A stretch of DNA of 60,256 nucleotides from Chiloscyllium plagiosum (taxonomy: Eukaryota): NCBI RefSeq assembly GCF_004010195.1, contig NC_057735.1, positions 11,154,420 through 11,214,675 of the forward strand, in the 5' to 3' direction. Each line of letters opens with the position of its first letter. Within the stretch, counting starts at the first letter, position 1. The translations under genes and the position numbers were made by a program. Under the pieces are notes generated by a model. It had not been told where the DNA came from. It made no database searches and was given only the letters and a program-made list of their open reading frames with translations. Positions 39,501 through 52,800 of this stretch are shown piece by piece.

Positions 39501-42500
39501 CTGAAGCAGGGTGACTCGAACTGTACACACGAAACCAAAAGTGACCTCACCATCATTCTGTACAAGCTCAACATGATGTTCCAACTCCTACACTCAATGG
39601 TCTGAGCAATGATAGTAAGCACGCTAAATACCTTCTTAACCACCCTCTCTACCTGTGATGCAAATGTCAAAGATCCCCAGGGTCACTCTGTTTGACAGCA
39701 CTACCCCAGGCTGTACTTTTAATTGTGTAACTCCTGTCCTGTTTTGTTTTACCAAAAGGCTATACCCCACATTGAACAAAATAAACTCCATCTGCCAATC
39801 CTCAGCGCATTGACCCAATTGATCAAGATCCCTTTGTAATCATAGATAACTTTTTTCACTGTCAACGATACCACCAATTTTGGTGTAATTCATAAATTTA
39901 CGAACCATGCCATCTAAATTGTCATCCATATTGTTTATATAATTTACACCGATCCCTGCAGAACACCACTGGTCACAGGCCTCCAGTCCGAAAAAATGAC
40001 CCTCCACCACCCTCTGTCTCCTGCCATCAAGGTAATTTTGTATTCAATTAGCAAGCACACCCTGAATCCCATGTGATCTAACTTTACAAATTACTCCTGA
40101 ATGTGGAACCTTGTTACAAAAGTCCATGGAGACAACAATTACTGTTCCCCCTCATCAAGCTTTTTGCTTACATCCTGAAAAAAATGGAACCAAGTTTGTG
40201 ATGCACGACTTCCCACGCTCTGTCCCTAATTAGTTCTTGCCTCTCCAAATATATGTCAATCCAATCTTTAAAAACCCTCTGCAACAACAGTCCAAAGATG
40301 TGCAGGTTATGTGAATTGGACACGATAATGTACAGGTTAGGTGCGTTAGACAGGGGAAATGTTTCTGTGTAGGATGCTCGTCGGAGGGTTGGTGTGGAAT
40401 TGTTGGGCCGAATGGCCTGTTTCACACTGTACGGAATCTGTCATTCTATGATTCTCACTTACCCACCACTGATATCAGACTCACAGATATGTAATTCCCA
40501 GGCTTCTCCACACAGCTTTTCCTACATAAAGGGATAACGTTAGCCACCCTCACTTCCTCCAGCACTTCACCTGTGACTGTGGATGATACAAATAGCGGCG
40601 CTAAGGGGACCCACACTTTCTTCCCTAATTTCCACTTGATCAGGTCCTAGAAATCTATCTGTTGTTATATCTTTTAAGATTTTCAGGACTTCCTCTTTCT
40701 GTAATGTGGACTGTTTTCATGGCATCAATGTTCATTTACCTGAATTCCCTTGCCTCCATGTCTTTCTCCACAGTAAAATATTCAAAATATTTATTGAGTA
40801 TCTTTTCCATCTCCTGTGGTTCCCCACAATGACGATCCCGGTTACTTCCTTCCCTGAATCTGAGAGTTGGTGTGTTCCATTGGGGTTTATTAAAGGGTTT
40901 GGGCTGGTAACTACGACCCAGATATACCACTTGTTTAAAACCACGGGTTTCACATGGAGCTGTCGCTTGCTGATATTGGCAGTGGTCACTTCCATCCTCT
41001 TGAGATGGTTTTCTGATCTTGCAGGAATAATGGAAAACCTCATCTACAGACACATAAGCCACCGTAAGGAGCCATGAGGCAAACAGATGAGGTTCCCCAT
41101 CTCCAAGGAGTACTCAGAAAACACAGCTTGGGTGTGTTTTGCGTGAGTAATGTCTGCAACAATTATCCTGTTAGTTCTTTATCTTTTAGTCTTTAATGGC
41201 CAGCGTCTGTTGCCCATTCCTAATTGCCCCTGACTGAGTGGCTTTCTAAACCTTTTGAAGAGGGCAGTTAAGAACAAACCACATTGCTGGAGTCCCATGT
41301 AGAGCAGATGTGGAAAAGGCGGCAGATTTCCTTCCCTAAAGGACATTGATGAATCAGATGGGTTTTGGCACTTTAGAGAATCTGAGGAGATCCCAAAATA
41401 CTCTCCACCCTTCAGGCACTCTGCCTGTATTCCTGATGAAGGGCTTTTGCCCGAAACATCGATTTTACTGCTCCTCGGATGCTGCCTGAACAGCTGTGCT
41501 TTCCCAGCACCACGAATCCAGAATCTGGTTTCCAGCATCTGCAGTCATTGTTTTTACCTCGATATTTCATTTGTACAACTGCTCTCCACTCTTTCCCCAA
41601 TATCCGTCCGAAATCTGGTCACACTAGCTACGTATTGAACTTAGTAATTCCATATGTTAGAAAAATGCAAATTGTAAGACAATCAACCACTATTTTAACT
41701 TGTGAGGAGTTTTGGAGTTTTTGCAAAGTTTTTGCATGTTGTGGGCAGTATTTTATGTACCTGCTCATTTTCCAATTACCGTACAAACCATTGGCGTAGA
41801 TCAGAACTGACAATGAAAACATACATTTTATCATTTGCAATTTTCAAGTGTGGAGATAATAAGAAAGCATTGTTTACATCACACTTACCAATGTTCGGCA
41901 TTTTTATTCTATAACTGCAGTTCTTCTCTCTTACATTGTTGACTGACACATGAACAATTTCACTGGATTTTGTTCCCTGAGTATTTGAGGCTGTGCAGTA
42001 ATATTGATGATGTTGCTGTGAGAAGGATTGACAATGTAGATCCAGTTTATTGGTGTCAGAGATCATTGAATCTTGAGATGGGGTCTTCTCAGACCATGTG
42101 TAGTGAATGGGGAAGGATCCACAGGCAGATTCACAGGAGACTGTCACTGAACCCCCAGAACGTGAGACATTTGGTTGGGATAAATATTGAAATCCAGGAA
42201 CAGACACAGCTTCTGTGGGAAAGAAACAATTATTCTGTGAGAAAATTCAAATATTCCCCAACACTTTGTCACTTTTCTTCCTGGATAAAACACTGATCAG
42301 ACATATCAGCAGAGAGTAATTTAAAATAAAATGAGTCACGTACCATCAGAAATGTGCAGCTTTACATTAAACATTGGGTCATGGCCAGGAGTCTCGATCC
42401 CACAGCTGTACCATCCTGCATCTTCCCATTGAAGATTCTTGATTGTGACAAGAAACATTCCTCGTGTTTTGTCGTCAGTGATCGTTATTCTCCCATTTGG

Positions 42501-44716
42501 CCAATTTGTTTTTGCTCTAACAGAACACAGACGACTCCATCCTTGACACCAATATTTCACGTGTGACTGGTTATGCTGCGCTTCGTAATGACAAGATATT
42601 GTGATTGCTCTTCCCAAAATTCCCGTTACGTGTTCCTCTGCCCATAAAGCATCTGAAACTGAAGAGACAACATTTCAAAAATTTAACTGGAAAGAATTGC
42701 TTATTACAAACAGATACATTTTAATCAGCTACATTCCATCCAGTATATGATGAATGTAATCATTAATATAAACCCTTATCAGAGCCTCAGGTGTTCCAAA
42801 TTCCCAGGGAATGATTGAAACAGTCGGGATATTCTCTTACCCCACTGGTCAAGCTTTGGGACAATCTTGAAATTGGGTTTGTGCTGCCCGCAGTGGGCTC
42901 TAACTCCAACGTGTGTGACATCATCGAAATGTTTCCCCCCCCGGAGAGCAGCCTGAGTGACAGGCCTGGGTTGGAGTCGGCTGAGGATCAGTGTGAAGGA
43001 GGATACAGGTGCTGAAGGGTCCTTACTCCGACTGGAGAAGGAGGGTTTCATCCAGGGAGGAGGGGTGGGGGTGTGTGTGGTGTAGACTCATGGTGGGCTC
43101 AGGGGCTGCATTTTCAGGGCTCAAGGGGCAGATATAACAGGTGACCCAGGAAAATGATGAGAGTCCTCAAGTTGGAGAGGAAGAGAACTGAAGTTTAGCA
43201 GGGGCTGGTTCACGATGGGAGAGAGAGAGATCAATGTGCAGGATCTTGACGGCAGTAAAGGCAGGATTATTTGCAATCACACATTGTTGTCAGTGTAAGG
43301 AGAGTAAAATAATATATGTAATTTACTGATAATTCCAGAGAGATGGTACCTGAGAAAATGTTAAAATTGCTGCCACATTGTGTCCTGGGTGGGGAAGAGG
43401 TGCAGCCTGTTGATGACTGGGTAAATTTACTTCAATAATTACTGAGAGAAATGTCTTTATTAAGCGTAAGTGAAGAGGTGGAGTGGAGGGAAGAAAGGAA
43501 AAAGACACGTGAATGATTTAAGGTGGTGAAGGGCAGGAAACAGAGACCTCATGGGAAAAAAGGAAGCCTTGAAAAAAAGAGAATTGCGAAAACAGAGAGA
43601 TGAACACTTCAGGTTTCTGTCTGTGATGTTTTCTGCATGAAATTGGTGGGCAACAGCCAAAAAAAAGGTTTCAGAAAGTTTTCCTGGAACAGAATTCATG
43701 GAGTTGTAGCCGAGAGTACTGCAACGTTGAGAATTTTAACCATGAGTGTTTGAAAATGTCTTGATTATAAATGGAGAGATGACAATGATGGGCTGCAATT
43801 GTATTGCCGTGTTACATTGTAATGTGAGAATCAATGGGATTGAAAGAGAGTAAGCAACTTGATTCAAGTTAATGACTGAAAGATAAAAAGCTTTTTATGG
43901 GAAGGGAAATATAAACCAACCACCTACTTTTGTGACAGAGCCTCACAAGACATTTAATAATGAACAGCACTTCAAAAATAAAAAAAAGCAAGCTCAAGAT
44001 GTTTAGTTTGAGGGCATATTACCCTCCAGTTTCAGTGTGTTATTAATATTCTAAACTTTGAATAACTTAAAATTATTGTGCTGGTGTGTTCACTTAAAAG
44101 AAACATTATGTTGTCCTTTTTATTTCATTCATAATTAATAATGCCGCTCCAAAGTATTTGGGAACTCTGTCACATGAGATTATAATGTGTTCAGTAGAAC
44201 ATACAATATTTTGTGATGTATTTCATATATTTTTACATTTGTTCATTTAAACTTCAAAGACTTCCATACATAGGGACACATGGGGCAGGCAAAGCACATG
44301 CTGTGTCTGTTTTCTGCAGCCTGTCACTCTCCTGAAGCCAGTTGCTGTAATGTGAGGGGTGTCAAACTGCATTGGATATGGCTCACCTGGGATCTCACCC
44401 AGTCCTGCTCCCTGCCCTGGGCATGTTGGAAGGATTTGCAGGTTGATAATGAACCTGTTTGGCTTTGTGAGAATACACATTCCTTTGCAAAATGTGTTGG
44501 AGTGAGAATCGAACTGTGAGCATTTGTCACAGCAATAACAATGTTACCCACTGTGTCACACGATGTTCCTTTGGCCTTTTACATATCTCCAAATACTTAC
44601 ACATCTAGTCTGTATAAATTAGACCGTAGATTGTAATAGACATTGATTATCTGAATACACACCTCAGATGGTAACTCACCAGGAATGGAACAAATGAGGA
44701 GAATCAAAGTGCACAT
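36509..44716 (-). CDS. Gene C: intact 5-exon CD300/pIgR-like (MDIR-type) Ig-superfamily receptor, 299 aa (leader, V-Ig, C2/I-Ig, mucin-like stalk, TM with Arg, 4-aa tail)
   Basis: Exons 44716-44680 (37 nt), 42658-42344 (315), 42212-41889 (324), 37618-37486 (133) and 36599-36509 (91) have GT-AG borders, compatible phases (1,1,1,2) and total 900 nt with no internal stop. Protein: MCTLILLICSIPVSDALWAEEHVTGILGRAITISCHY...KYWCQGW...EDAGWYSCG...VTVSCES...YTW...YYCTASN...GREYTCDKSS..TISPTTSPTISPT..VRKSCVAWDVIRWVLFTLLVICSVSVTMFTRKH*. Confidence 0.85.
37486..37618 (-). CDS. Gene C exon 4, Ser/Thr/Pro-rich stalk with TISP repeats
   Basis: caatag acceptor; GREYTCDKSSIKSSTTFTTISPTTSPTISPTATGTSAGPKSVRK; donor AG/gtagaa; homologs at about 8422-8507 and 57464-57545. 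Confidence 0.75.
38594..38916 (-). pseudogene. Dead duplicate of the second Ig exon within an intron of gene C
   Basis: Homologous to exon 3 (VSCEFVQGSLPIHYTW..YYCTASN) but the acceptor is lost (cag to atg), with a 1-nt frameshift and three stops. Confidence 0.85.
39003..40830 (-). mobile_element. Older CR1 in gene C intron, with SINE fragment at about 40290-40455
   Basis: Degenerate RT ORFs; paralog of 6250-7570. Confidence 0.85.
41405..41560 (+). mobile_element. Penelope-like terminus with hammerhead motif
   Basis: CTGATGAAGGGCTTTTGCCCGAAACATCG at 41433-41461. Confidence 0.65.
41889..42212 (-). CDS. Gene C exon 3, C2/I-type Ig domain (FcR-like/PECAM-like)
   Basis: GGSVTVSCES..GSFPIHYTW...YYCTASN; cacag acceptor and gtaagt donor; ORF 41776..42207. 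Confidence 0.9.
42344..42658 (-). CDS. Gene C exon 2, V-set Ig domain of CD300/pIgR type
   Basis: ITISCHY, KYWC..W...C (extra C-C' cysteine pair), RITITDD, LQWEDAGWYSCG; ttcag acceptor and gtacgt donor; overlaps ORF 42336..42617. Confidence 0.92.
44680..44716 (-). CDS. Gene C exon 1, signal peptide (MCTLILLICSIP)
   Basis: ATG, hydrophobic leader, phase-1 donor GTGAGT; near-identical to three other leader exons in the window. Confidence 0.85.
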
Positions 44717-47314
44717 CGTTTTATTGTCAAAGATCAGTTCAGTTCTTGATGTCAGTCTCTCAGCGGTTGTTTCTCACATTGAAGTACGTGTGTAATGCAA
44801 TGTCTACAAGAAGTTAAATAAGGAGGAGGGTATAGGAAGCCACCTTCTGACACCACAGTCAGCCAGATGACGAAATTTAACCCTGATGAAACTTATCTAC
44901 TACCAGTCATGTTTAACAGAAGAATGAAATTACTTTTAATTTTAAGAATAGAAAAATCTGAAATCAAGACAGTTAAAGAGTCTGAATGTTAAGGATGATG
45001 TTAAGGATAATCTTGACTCAAGCTCAGTATTAATATTGAAATCTCAAATGATAACAACTGGCTTATTCACCTCTGTCAGAAAATTTTAATGAACATTTTT
45101 TGACAAGGGTTTCTTCAACAAAAATTAATCCTACAACTAAAAATAGATTTAACAAAGACTATTTGGAGTCTTAGGCAGAACATGTCTCCAGTTCACACTG
45201 AATAATTATTGTGTCAGGATCTGAGCTCCTGGATGTGCAGAAGAAGGACACCCTCTGCTCCAGTTCCACAAGATCCAAGTAAACAAGACATGGGGTCGAT
45301 TTCAGGCAGAAAAAGGAACTCAACAACAGAGAGACAATTCAGGGAGAAGTGAGCTGTGATTGAGTAACTGGGAGTGAGCTTCAATTCCAAGGTGAGGATC
45401 CCTCTGGTGAACCGACTGACATGGGGCTTTGTATTCACCAGGACATGGTTGATGATGAGTGAGTCTGGTGAACCAAGCTGGGTTTCACCTTTGAGAAGAT
45501 CAAAGGGGCTGACACCCTTCACCAACCGTGCTCATCCCCAGCCACAATGCTGAAGGCAGTGCCCCACCTTAACCCGTAATATGGAAGGAGAGTCACTGGA
45601 GTCATTACCCAGAGACTGAACCAACGAGGACAATCGCAATACTCTGTCTGGGAAACAGAAACAACACGTTGGGTAAACTCCTGGAGAACACTTGGAAACA
45701 TTTGGTGGTTAATATCCCAATGGGGATGAAACCCCTCTACTGTCAGGTCACCAGTGTCTGAGGGTCAGAAACAGAGAGCAGAGATCCCCCAGCCCCTGGA
45801 TGACATGGACACTGTAGAATCAGTTGGGAAAATAGGACCAGATTGAAAAATTAGATTCTGTGATGTAACAGTGAAGACAGCAGTTATTAACAAAGTGAAG
45901 AATATCTGATCTAATTGTCAGGGATCCTGTAAAGTGACTTGCTCAGTGTCAAAGCCATATCCTGGTAGACGGTCACTCAGCAGTTTTTAAAAGACCGTTC
46001 TTCTGAGACAAACAATTGCAGGACCTGGAGCTGCCACAAAGCCCCTCCCCCATTCGGATGGATGTCCCATTTGCTCTGGAATGGTGCAGTGATCCACCCA
46101 CAACACGGACATGAGCCTGTCCCAGGAGGTTTCCTTCCAGAGATTGTGATCAAAGGGCTGGGTCTGAAAACTCTCAGTACAGTCTTGAATGACCCAAAGT
46201 GTGCCACCCACAATATCCTGTTGATTAACACTGATGTGGGCTCTAAGAAAACTGCCCCCTCCCTGCCTTTCCAGAAAGCCTCTCCACTGAACATTTCCGT
46301 CAGTGGCTGCGCAAACGTGGCTGCAGACATATTGCTACAGGTGACACAGTTCTCCCTGTTTACTGATCTGTAGGCAATGGGTGCCAGGAGGGTGTTACAG
46401 TGTCTGCAGGTATGGGTTGTGGTTTCACAATGGGCTTTCCCCACAGGCTCTGGGGTTTTACCAGTGACAGAGGAGGCCAATCCCAAGTGTCTAGCAAGCT
46501 TTTCGAAAGCCTTTGGAAGAGCTGTGTAATGTCCCTGCTATAACAGTTAGTGAAATATTCCTGTGGTCTCCTGAGCTATTTGTCACACAGTTCCTGGACA
46601 ATATAAAATGTTCAGTACTGTAGGAACTTTATCTCTAGTTTACAGCACAGTTTAATTAATAACTCTTCTTCTGGTCCTTTGGAATCTCCCCTGTAGATTA
46701 ATCGATAAAGCTTCTCTCCCCTTTCACCTGTCCTCTTTGTGATTCATAACCTACATCCCGCTCAGGCCGGACCCCGATACATCTGTCCACTGTTTGTTCC
46801 ACCCACGTCCAACAATGTCCTTCAAATGGACCAGGATCCACAACATTAGCCTCCAGCAAGTGCTGTACCAGGGCAGCTCTCTCTCCAATTTGCAGACAAA
46901 AGCAACTAACACTTACTCTCTTTGTGCATCCATGGGTATCTAACACACATCCTCCTTGATAATATTCACACTTTTTTCTTATAGTGTCAAAAGACCATGA
47001 ACATCAAAACATGCAACAACTGTGGAAGCTTGTTTTTTACATCTCAACTTCTCAAAAATGGACAGCACAGTGGCTCAGTGGTTAGCACTGCTGCCTCACA
47101 GCCCCAGTTATCTGGCTTCAATTCATGCCTTGGGTGACTGTCTGTGTGCAGTTTGCCTGTTCTGCCTCGGATTCCAGCAATGTACAGGTATTGTGGAATG
47201 GTCATGCTAATTGTCCGGAGTGTCCAGGGATGTACAGGCACAGTGGATTAGCCATGGGAAATTTGTGGCTATCGGAACAGAATGGGGTCTGGGTCTGGTG
47301 GGATGTTCTTCAGA

Positions 47315-47628
47315 TGTCTAGTGTGGACCAGATGGGCCAAATGGCCTCTTTCAGCACTGTAGGGATTCTATAATTCTCAGTTACACTCCTCATTGACCAT
47401 GCACCTGTTTGAGGGTTTAATGGAATGGGCCCAAACTGAATGTGTGTTCATTTACAATGAACCATTCACACTGTCTAGTGTGGACCAGATGGGCCAAATG
47501 GCCTCTTTCTGCACTGTAGGGATTCTATAATTCTCAGTTACATTCCTCATTGACCATGCACCTGTTTGAGGGTTTAATGGAATGCGCCCAAACTGAATGT
47601 GTGTTCATTTACAATGAACCATTCACAC
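47315..47628 (+). repeat. Recent tandem duplication of about 157 bp
   Basis: tgtctagtgtggaccagatggg...accattcacac occurs twice, nearly identical. Confidence 0.9.
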
Positions 47629-48429
47629 ACAGCTTGCTGCAGACAGAAACATTTTGGGCGGAAGACTATTTTACCAGATTTAAATTTTAATTTGATACAA
47701 GTTTATAATTATTCAATTCCTTTCAAATTAAGTTGGATTATAATGTTTGGGAAAAAACTTCAAATTGTTTCAGAATGATAGGGGAATTTGCAGTTCTCTA
47801 AGCACAGTGAGCTGAGAAGCACATTCACTTCTTTCAAAGCCTTGCCTTGTCAGTGTGTTTGCAAATATGGCAAGTACGTTTACATAGCACCTTATGAGCA
47901 GAGATATGGGTGATTGTCAGTTAGAAGATTCAAGGCCAGCTGGGATTGTGTTGGATTGGTTGAGTGTGGAGCTAACAACATTATGTATGAGTCCAACATG
48001 TTTATTTGAAAATACAAGCTTTTGGAGCACTGCTCCCTTGTCAGGTAGCTAGTGAGACAGGATACATAGGACACAGGATTTACAATTATAAGATGAAAGT
48101 GTCATACAACTGATGCAATGTATCAGAGAAACCTAGATTGCTGTTAAGTCTTTAATCACTTAGAATGGGGATGCAGGTTTCGATTGATTAATATGTATAT
48201 CCCAGAATTTCTATCATGTCACCGCGCCGATATATCTGAAAATAAGTGACATCTCAGCTCAGACAATGCATTAAAGATATGAGGTTAGAGTCTCTGTCAG
48301 ACTGGGTTTTTTCCAAAGTAGGAATTTATAAAATGTCACTTTGACTGACTGCCTGCAGATTGAGTGCTTTTTGAACAAAATAGAGTATATCTGCAAATAC
48401 AAATTTGCAAACGCAAATTCACGCCACAG

Positions 48430-48700
48430 GGTGTGTGTGTGTGTGTGTGAAGGAGAGAGATTGAGAGTGTGTATGTGAGGGAGAGAGAGTGAGAGAGTGT
48501 GTGTGACAGAGAGTGAGTGTGTGAGGGAGAGTGTGTGACCTAAAGAGAGAGAGTGTGTGAGGGAAAGCAAGTGAGAGAGTGTGTATGTGTGAGGAGGGAG
48601 AGAGAGTGAAAGTGCGTGTGTGAGGGGGAGAGAGTGAGAGAGTGTGTGTGTTAGGGAGAGAGAGTGAGAGTGTGTGTGGGAGGTAGATAGAGTGAATTGT
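48430..48700 (+). repeat. Compound (GA/GT)n microsatellite
   Basis: Direct inspection. Confidence 0.9.
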
Positions 48701-49786
48701 GGGAACACAGAGATGCACGCTTCAGGTTTCTGTCCGTGAAGTATTCTACATGAAGTTGGTGGGCAAGAGCCACAAAATGTTTCAGGAAGTTTTCATGGAA
48801 CAGAATTCATTGAGTTGTAGCCGAGAGTAATGCGACACTGGGAATTTTAATCTTGAGTGTTTGTAAATTTCTTGCTCATGAATGGAGAAATAGCAATGAT
48901 GAGCAATAATTTTAGCGTTACATTGAAATGTTTAAATCAATGGGATTCAAAGTGAGTAAACAACTTGATTCATGTTAACGACTGAAAACAAAAAGGCTTT
49001 TTCTGCAAAGTAAAATATAAACCAATCATCTACTTTAGCAACAGACCCTCAGAAAACAATATTTAATGAACAGCACTTCAAATAGAAAAGAAATAAAAGC
49101 AAACTCAAGTTGTTTTGTTTGAGGACTCATTACTACTCCGGTTTTCAGTGTACATTCAACATTAAAAACATTGGCAAAATTAAAGTTATTGTGCTGCTTT
49201 TTTCACTTAAAAGAAATATTATGTTGACCTTTTCATTTAATTCATATTAATAATGCCGTTGTCAAGTATTTGGGAACTCTGTCACATAAGATTATAAAAT
49301 GTTCAGTTGAAGATAAAACATTTCATAATGTTGTTTTTTATATATTTATTCCTTTAAACTTCAAAGACTTCCATATTTAGAGACACACGGGGCAGACAAA
49401 GTCCATGCTGTGTCAGTTTTCTGCAGCTTGTCACTCGCCTGAAGCCAGTTGTTGTAATGTGGGAGGTGTCATTCTGCATTGGATAAGGCAGACCTGGAAT
49501 CTCACCCAGTCGTGCTCCCTGCCCTGGGTATGTTGGAAGGATTTGCAGGTTGATAATGAACCTGTTTCGACTTTGTGAGAATACACATTTCTTCACAAAA
49601 TGTACTGGAGTGAGAATCGAACTCTGAGCATTGTAACAGTAATAATAATGTTACCCATTGTGTCACAAGCTCTCCATTTATCTAATTATGTATTTTCAAA
49701 TATTCAAATATTTCTACTGTATAAACCACACAGTGGACTTCAACAAACATTGATTATCGGAATATACAACTCGGATGGTCACTCAC

Positions 49787-49823
49787 CGGGAATGGAACAA
49801 ATGAGGAGAATCAAAGTCCACAT
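49787..49823 (-). other. Orphan duplicated leader exon (MWTLILLICSIP), possible alternative first exon of gene C
   Basis: Intact ATG and GTGAGT donor; followed by about 1.1 kb of intron-1 homology that stops near 48700, with no V exon of its own. Confidence 0.75.
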
Positions 49824-52800
49824 TGTTTTATTCAAAGATCAGTTCAGTTCTTGATGTCAGTCTCTCAGCTCTTGCTTCTCACATTGAAGTTAGTGTGTAA
49901 TGCATGAGGAAGAGGATGTAGGAAGCCAGCTTCTGAAACCACAATGAGCTAGACGGTGAAATTTAACCCTGAAGACATTTTTCTCCTATCAGTTTTGTTT
50001 AACAAAAAACCTGAATTAATTTTCTCTGAAAAAATAGAAAATTCTGAAATCAAAACAGGTGCTAAGAAAATTGTTGACCCAAGCTCAGTGTTTATAAAAA
50101 AATCGCAGTTGCCTGACAACTGGATGGTTCTCTAATACAGAATTATTTTGCAAATAATAATCATGCAGCTAAACATAAAATTGTTTTGAATATTTTGTCT
50201 GTTTGCAGAATGTACCTCCTGTTAGTGCTGAATAATTATTCCATCAGAATCTGCTCTCGTGAATGTGCAGGATGAGGGCAACATCTGCTCCATTTCCACA
50301 AGATCCGAGTGAATAAGTCATGGGGCCGATTTCAGGCAGAAAAACTGGGAGTGAGTTTAAGTTCCAAGGTGAGGATCCCTCTGGTGAACCGACTGACATG
50401 GGGCTTTGTATTCACCAGGACATGGTTGATGATGAGTGAGTCTGGTGAACCATGCTGGGTTTCACCTTTGAAAAGATCAAAGGGGCTGACACCCTTCATC
50501 AACCGTGCTCATCCACAGCCCCAATGCTGAAGGCAGTGCCCCCACCTTAACCCTTAATATGGAAGGAGAGTCACTGGAGTCATTACCCAGAGACTGAACC
50601 AACGAGGACCATCGCAATACTCTGTCTGGGAAACAGAAACAACACGTTGGGTAAACTTCTGGAGAACACTTGGAAACATTTAGGGGTTAATACCCCAATG
50701 GGGATGAAACCCCTCTGCTGTCAGGTCACCAGTGTCTGAGTGTCAGAAACAGAGAGCAGAGATCCCCCAGCCCCTGAATGACATGGACACTGTAGAATCA
50801 GTTGGAAAAATATGACCAGATTGAAAAATTCGATTCTGTGAAGAAACAGTGAAGACAGCAGTTATTAACAAAGTGAAAAATATCTGATCAAGTTGTCAAG
50901 GATCCTGCAAAGTGACTTGTTCAGTGTCAAAGCCATATCCTGGTAGACGGTCACTCAGCAGTTTTTAAAAGACCGTTCTGCTGAGACAAACAATTGCAGG
51001 ACCTGGAGCTACCACAAAGCCCCTCCCCCATTCAGATGGATGTCCCATTTGCCCTGGAATGGTGCACTGATCCACCCACAACATGGACATGAGCCTGTCC
51101 CAGGAGGTTTCCTTCCCAGAGATTGTGATCAAAGGGCTGGGTCTGAAAACTCTCAGTATAGCCTTGACTGACTCAGAGTGTGCCACCCACAATATCCTGT
51201 TGATTAACACTGACGTGGGCTCTAAGAAAACTGCCCCCACCCTGTCTTTCCAGAAAGCCTCTCCACTGAGCATTTCTGTCAGTGGCTGTGCAAACGTGGC
51301 TGCAGACATATTGCAGGTGACACAGTTCTCCCTGTTTACTGAGCTGTAGGCAATGGGTGCCAGGAGGGTGTTACAGTGTCTGCAGGTATGGGTTGTGGTT
51401 TCACAATGGGCTTTTCCCACAGGCTCTGGGGTTTTACCAGTGATAGAGGAGGCCAATCTCAATGTTTAGCAAGTTTTTTGAAAACCTTTGAAAGAGTTGT
51501 GTAATGTCCCTGCTATAACAGTTAGTGAAATATTCCTGTGGTATTTGTCACACAGTTCCTGGACAATATAAAAAGGATCAGTGCTGTTGGGCCTTTTGGC
51601 CCAGTTTACAGCACAGTTTAATTGATAACTCTTCTTCTGGTCCTTTGGAATCTCCCCTGTAGATTAATCGATAAAGCTTCTCTCCCCTTTCACCTGTCCT
51701 CTTTGTGATTCATAACCTACATCCCGCTCAGGCCGGACCCCGATACATCTGTCCACTGTTTGTTCCATCCACATCCAACAATGTCCTTCAAATGGACCAG
51801 GACCCACAACATTAGCCTCCAGCAAGTGCTGTGCCAGGACAGCTCTCTCCAATTTGCAGACAAACGTAACTCACACTGAGTCTCATTGTACATCCATGGC
51901 TATCTATTACACATCCCCCCTTGATAATATTCACACTTTTTTCTTATAGTGTCAAAACACAATGAACTTCAAACCATGCAACAAGTGTGGAAACTTGTTT
52001 TTTACATCTCACCATCTCAAAAATGGACAGCACAGTGGCTCAGTGGTTCGCACTGCTGCCTCACAGTCCCACTGATCTGGGTTCGGTTCAAACCTTGGGT
52101 AACTGTCTGTGTGCCTGGGTTTCCTCGAGGTGTTTTCTCCTGCTGTCCAGCAATGTGCAGGTTCGGTGGAATGGTCATGGCGCCCAGGAAAATACAGGCT
52201 AGTTGGGTTAGCGATGGGAAATGTGTGGCTATCGGAACAGAGTGGGGTTCTGGGTCTGGTGGGATGCTCTTCAGATGGGTGGTGCAGACCAGATGGGCCA
52301 AATGGCCTCTTTCTGCACTGTAGGGATTCTATAATTTTCAGTTACATTCCTCATTGACCATGAACCTGTTTGAGGGTTTAATGGAATGGGCCCAAACTGA
52401 ATGTGTGTTCATTTACAATGAGCCATTCACACACAGCATTCTGCAGACAGAAACATTTTTAGAAATAAAGTAATTTGGGGAGGAAAACTATTTTACCAGA
52501 TTTACATTTTAATTTGATAAAATTTTAAAATTAATCAATTCCATTCAAATTAGTTGGGATTGTAATATTTGGGATAAGTGTTCAAATAGTTTCATAATGA
52601 TAGGTGGATTTGCAGCTTTTGAAATACAATGAGCTGAGAAGCACATTCATTTCTTTCAAAGTCTTGCCTTGTTTGTGTGTCTGTGAATATGGCAAGTTGC
52701 ATTTATATAGCACCTTCAAAGATGTAAAGCTGGAGCAGAGATATAAATGAGTGTAAGTTGATGCATGGTGGAAGATTCAAGGCTAGTTGGAATGATGTTG

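Noticed and set aside
42344-42658. Rearranging Ig/TCR/IgNAR V segment
   Set aside because: V exon includes its own G strand and ends at a splice donor; no RSS seen; KYWC motif is CD300/pIgR type
36509-44716. Naming the gene PIGR or CD300
   Set aside because: Architecture (V+C2, tailless) matches neither; orthology cannot be set without a phylogeny
44820-44845. ETS/PU.1 promoter motif (GGAA) upstream of leaders
   Set aside because: Too short and not retained in all copies; cannot be supported from sequence alone
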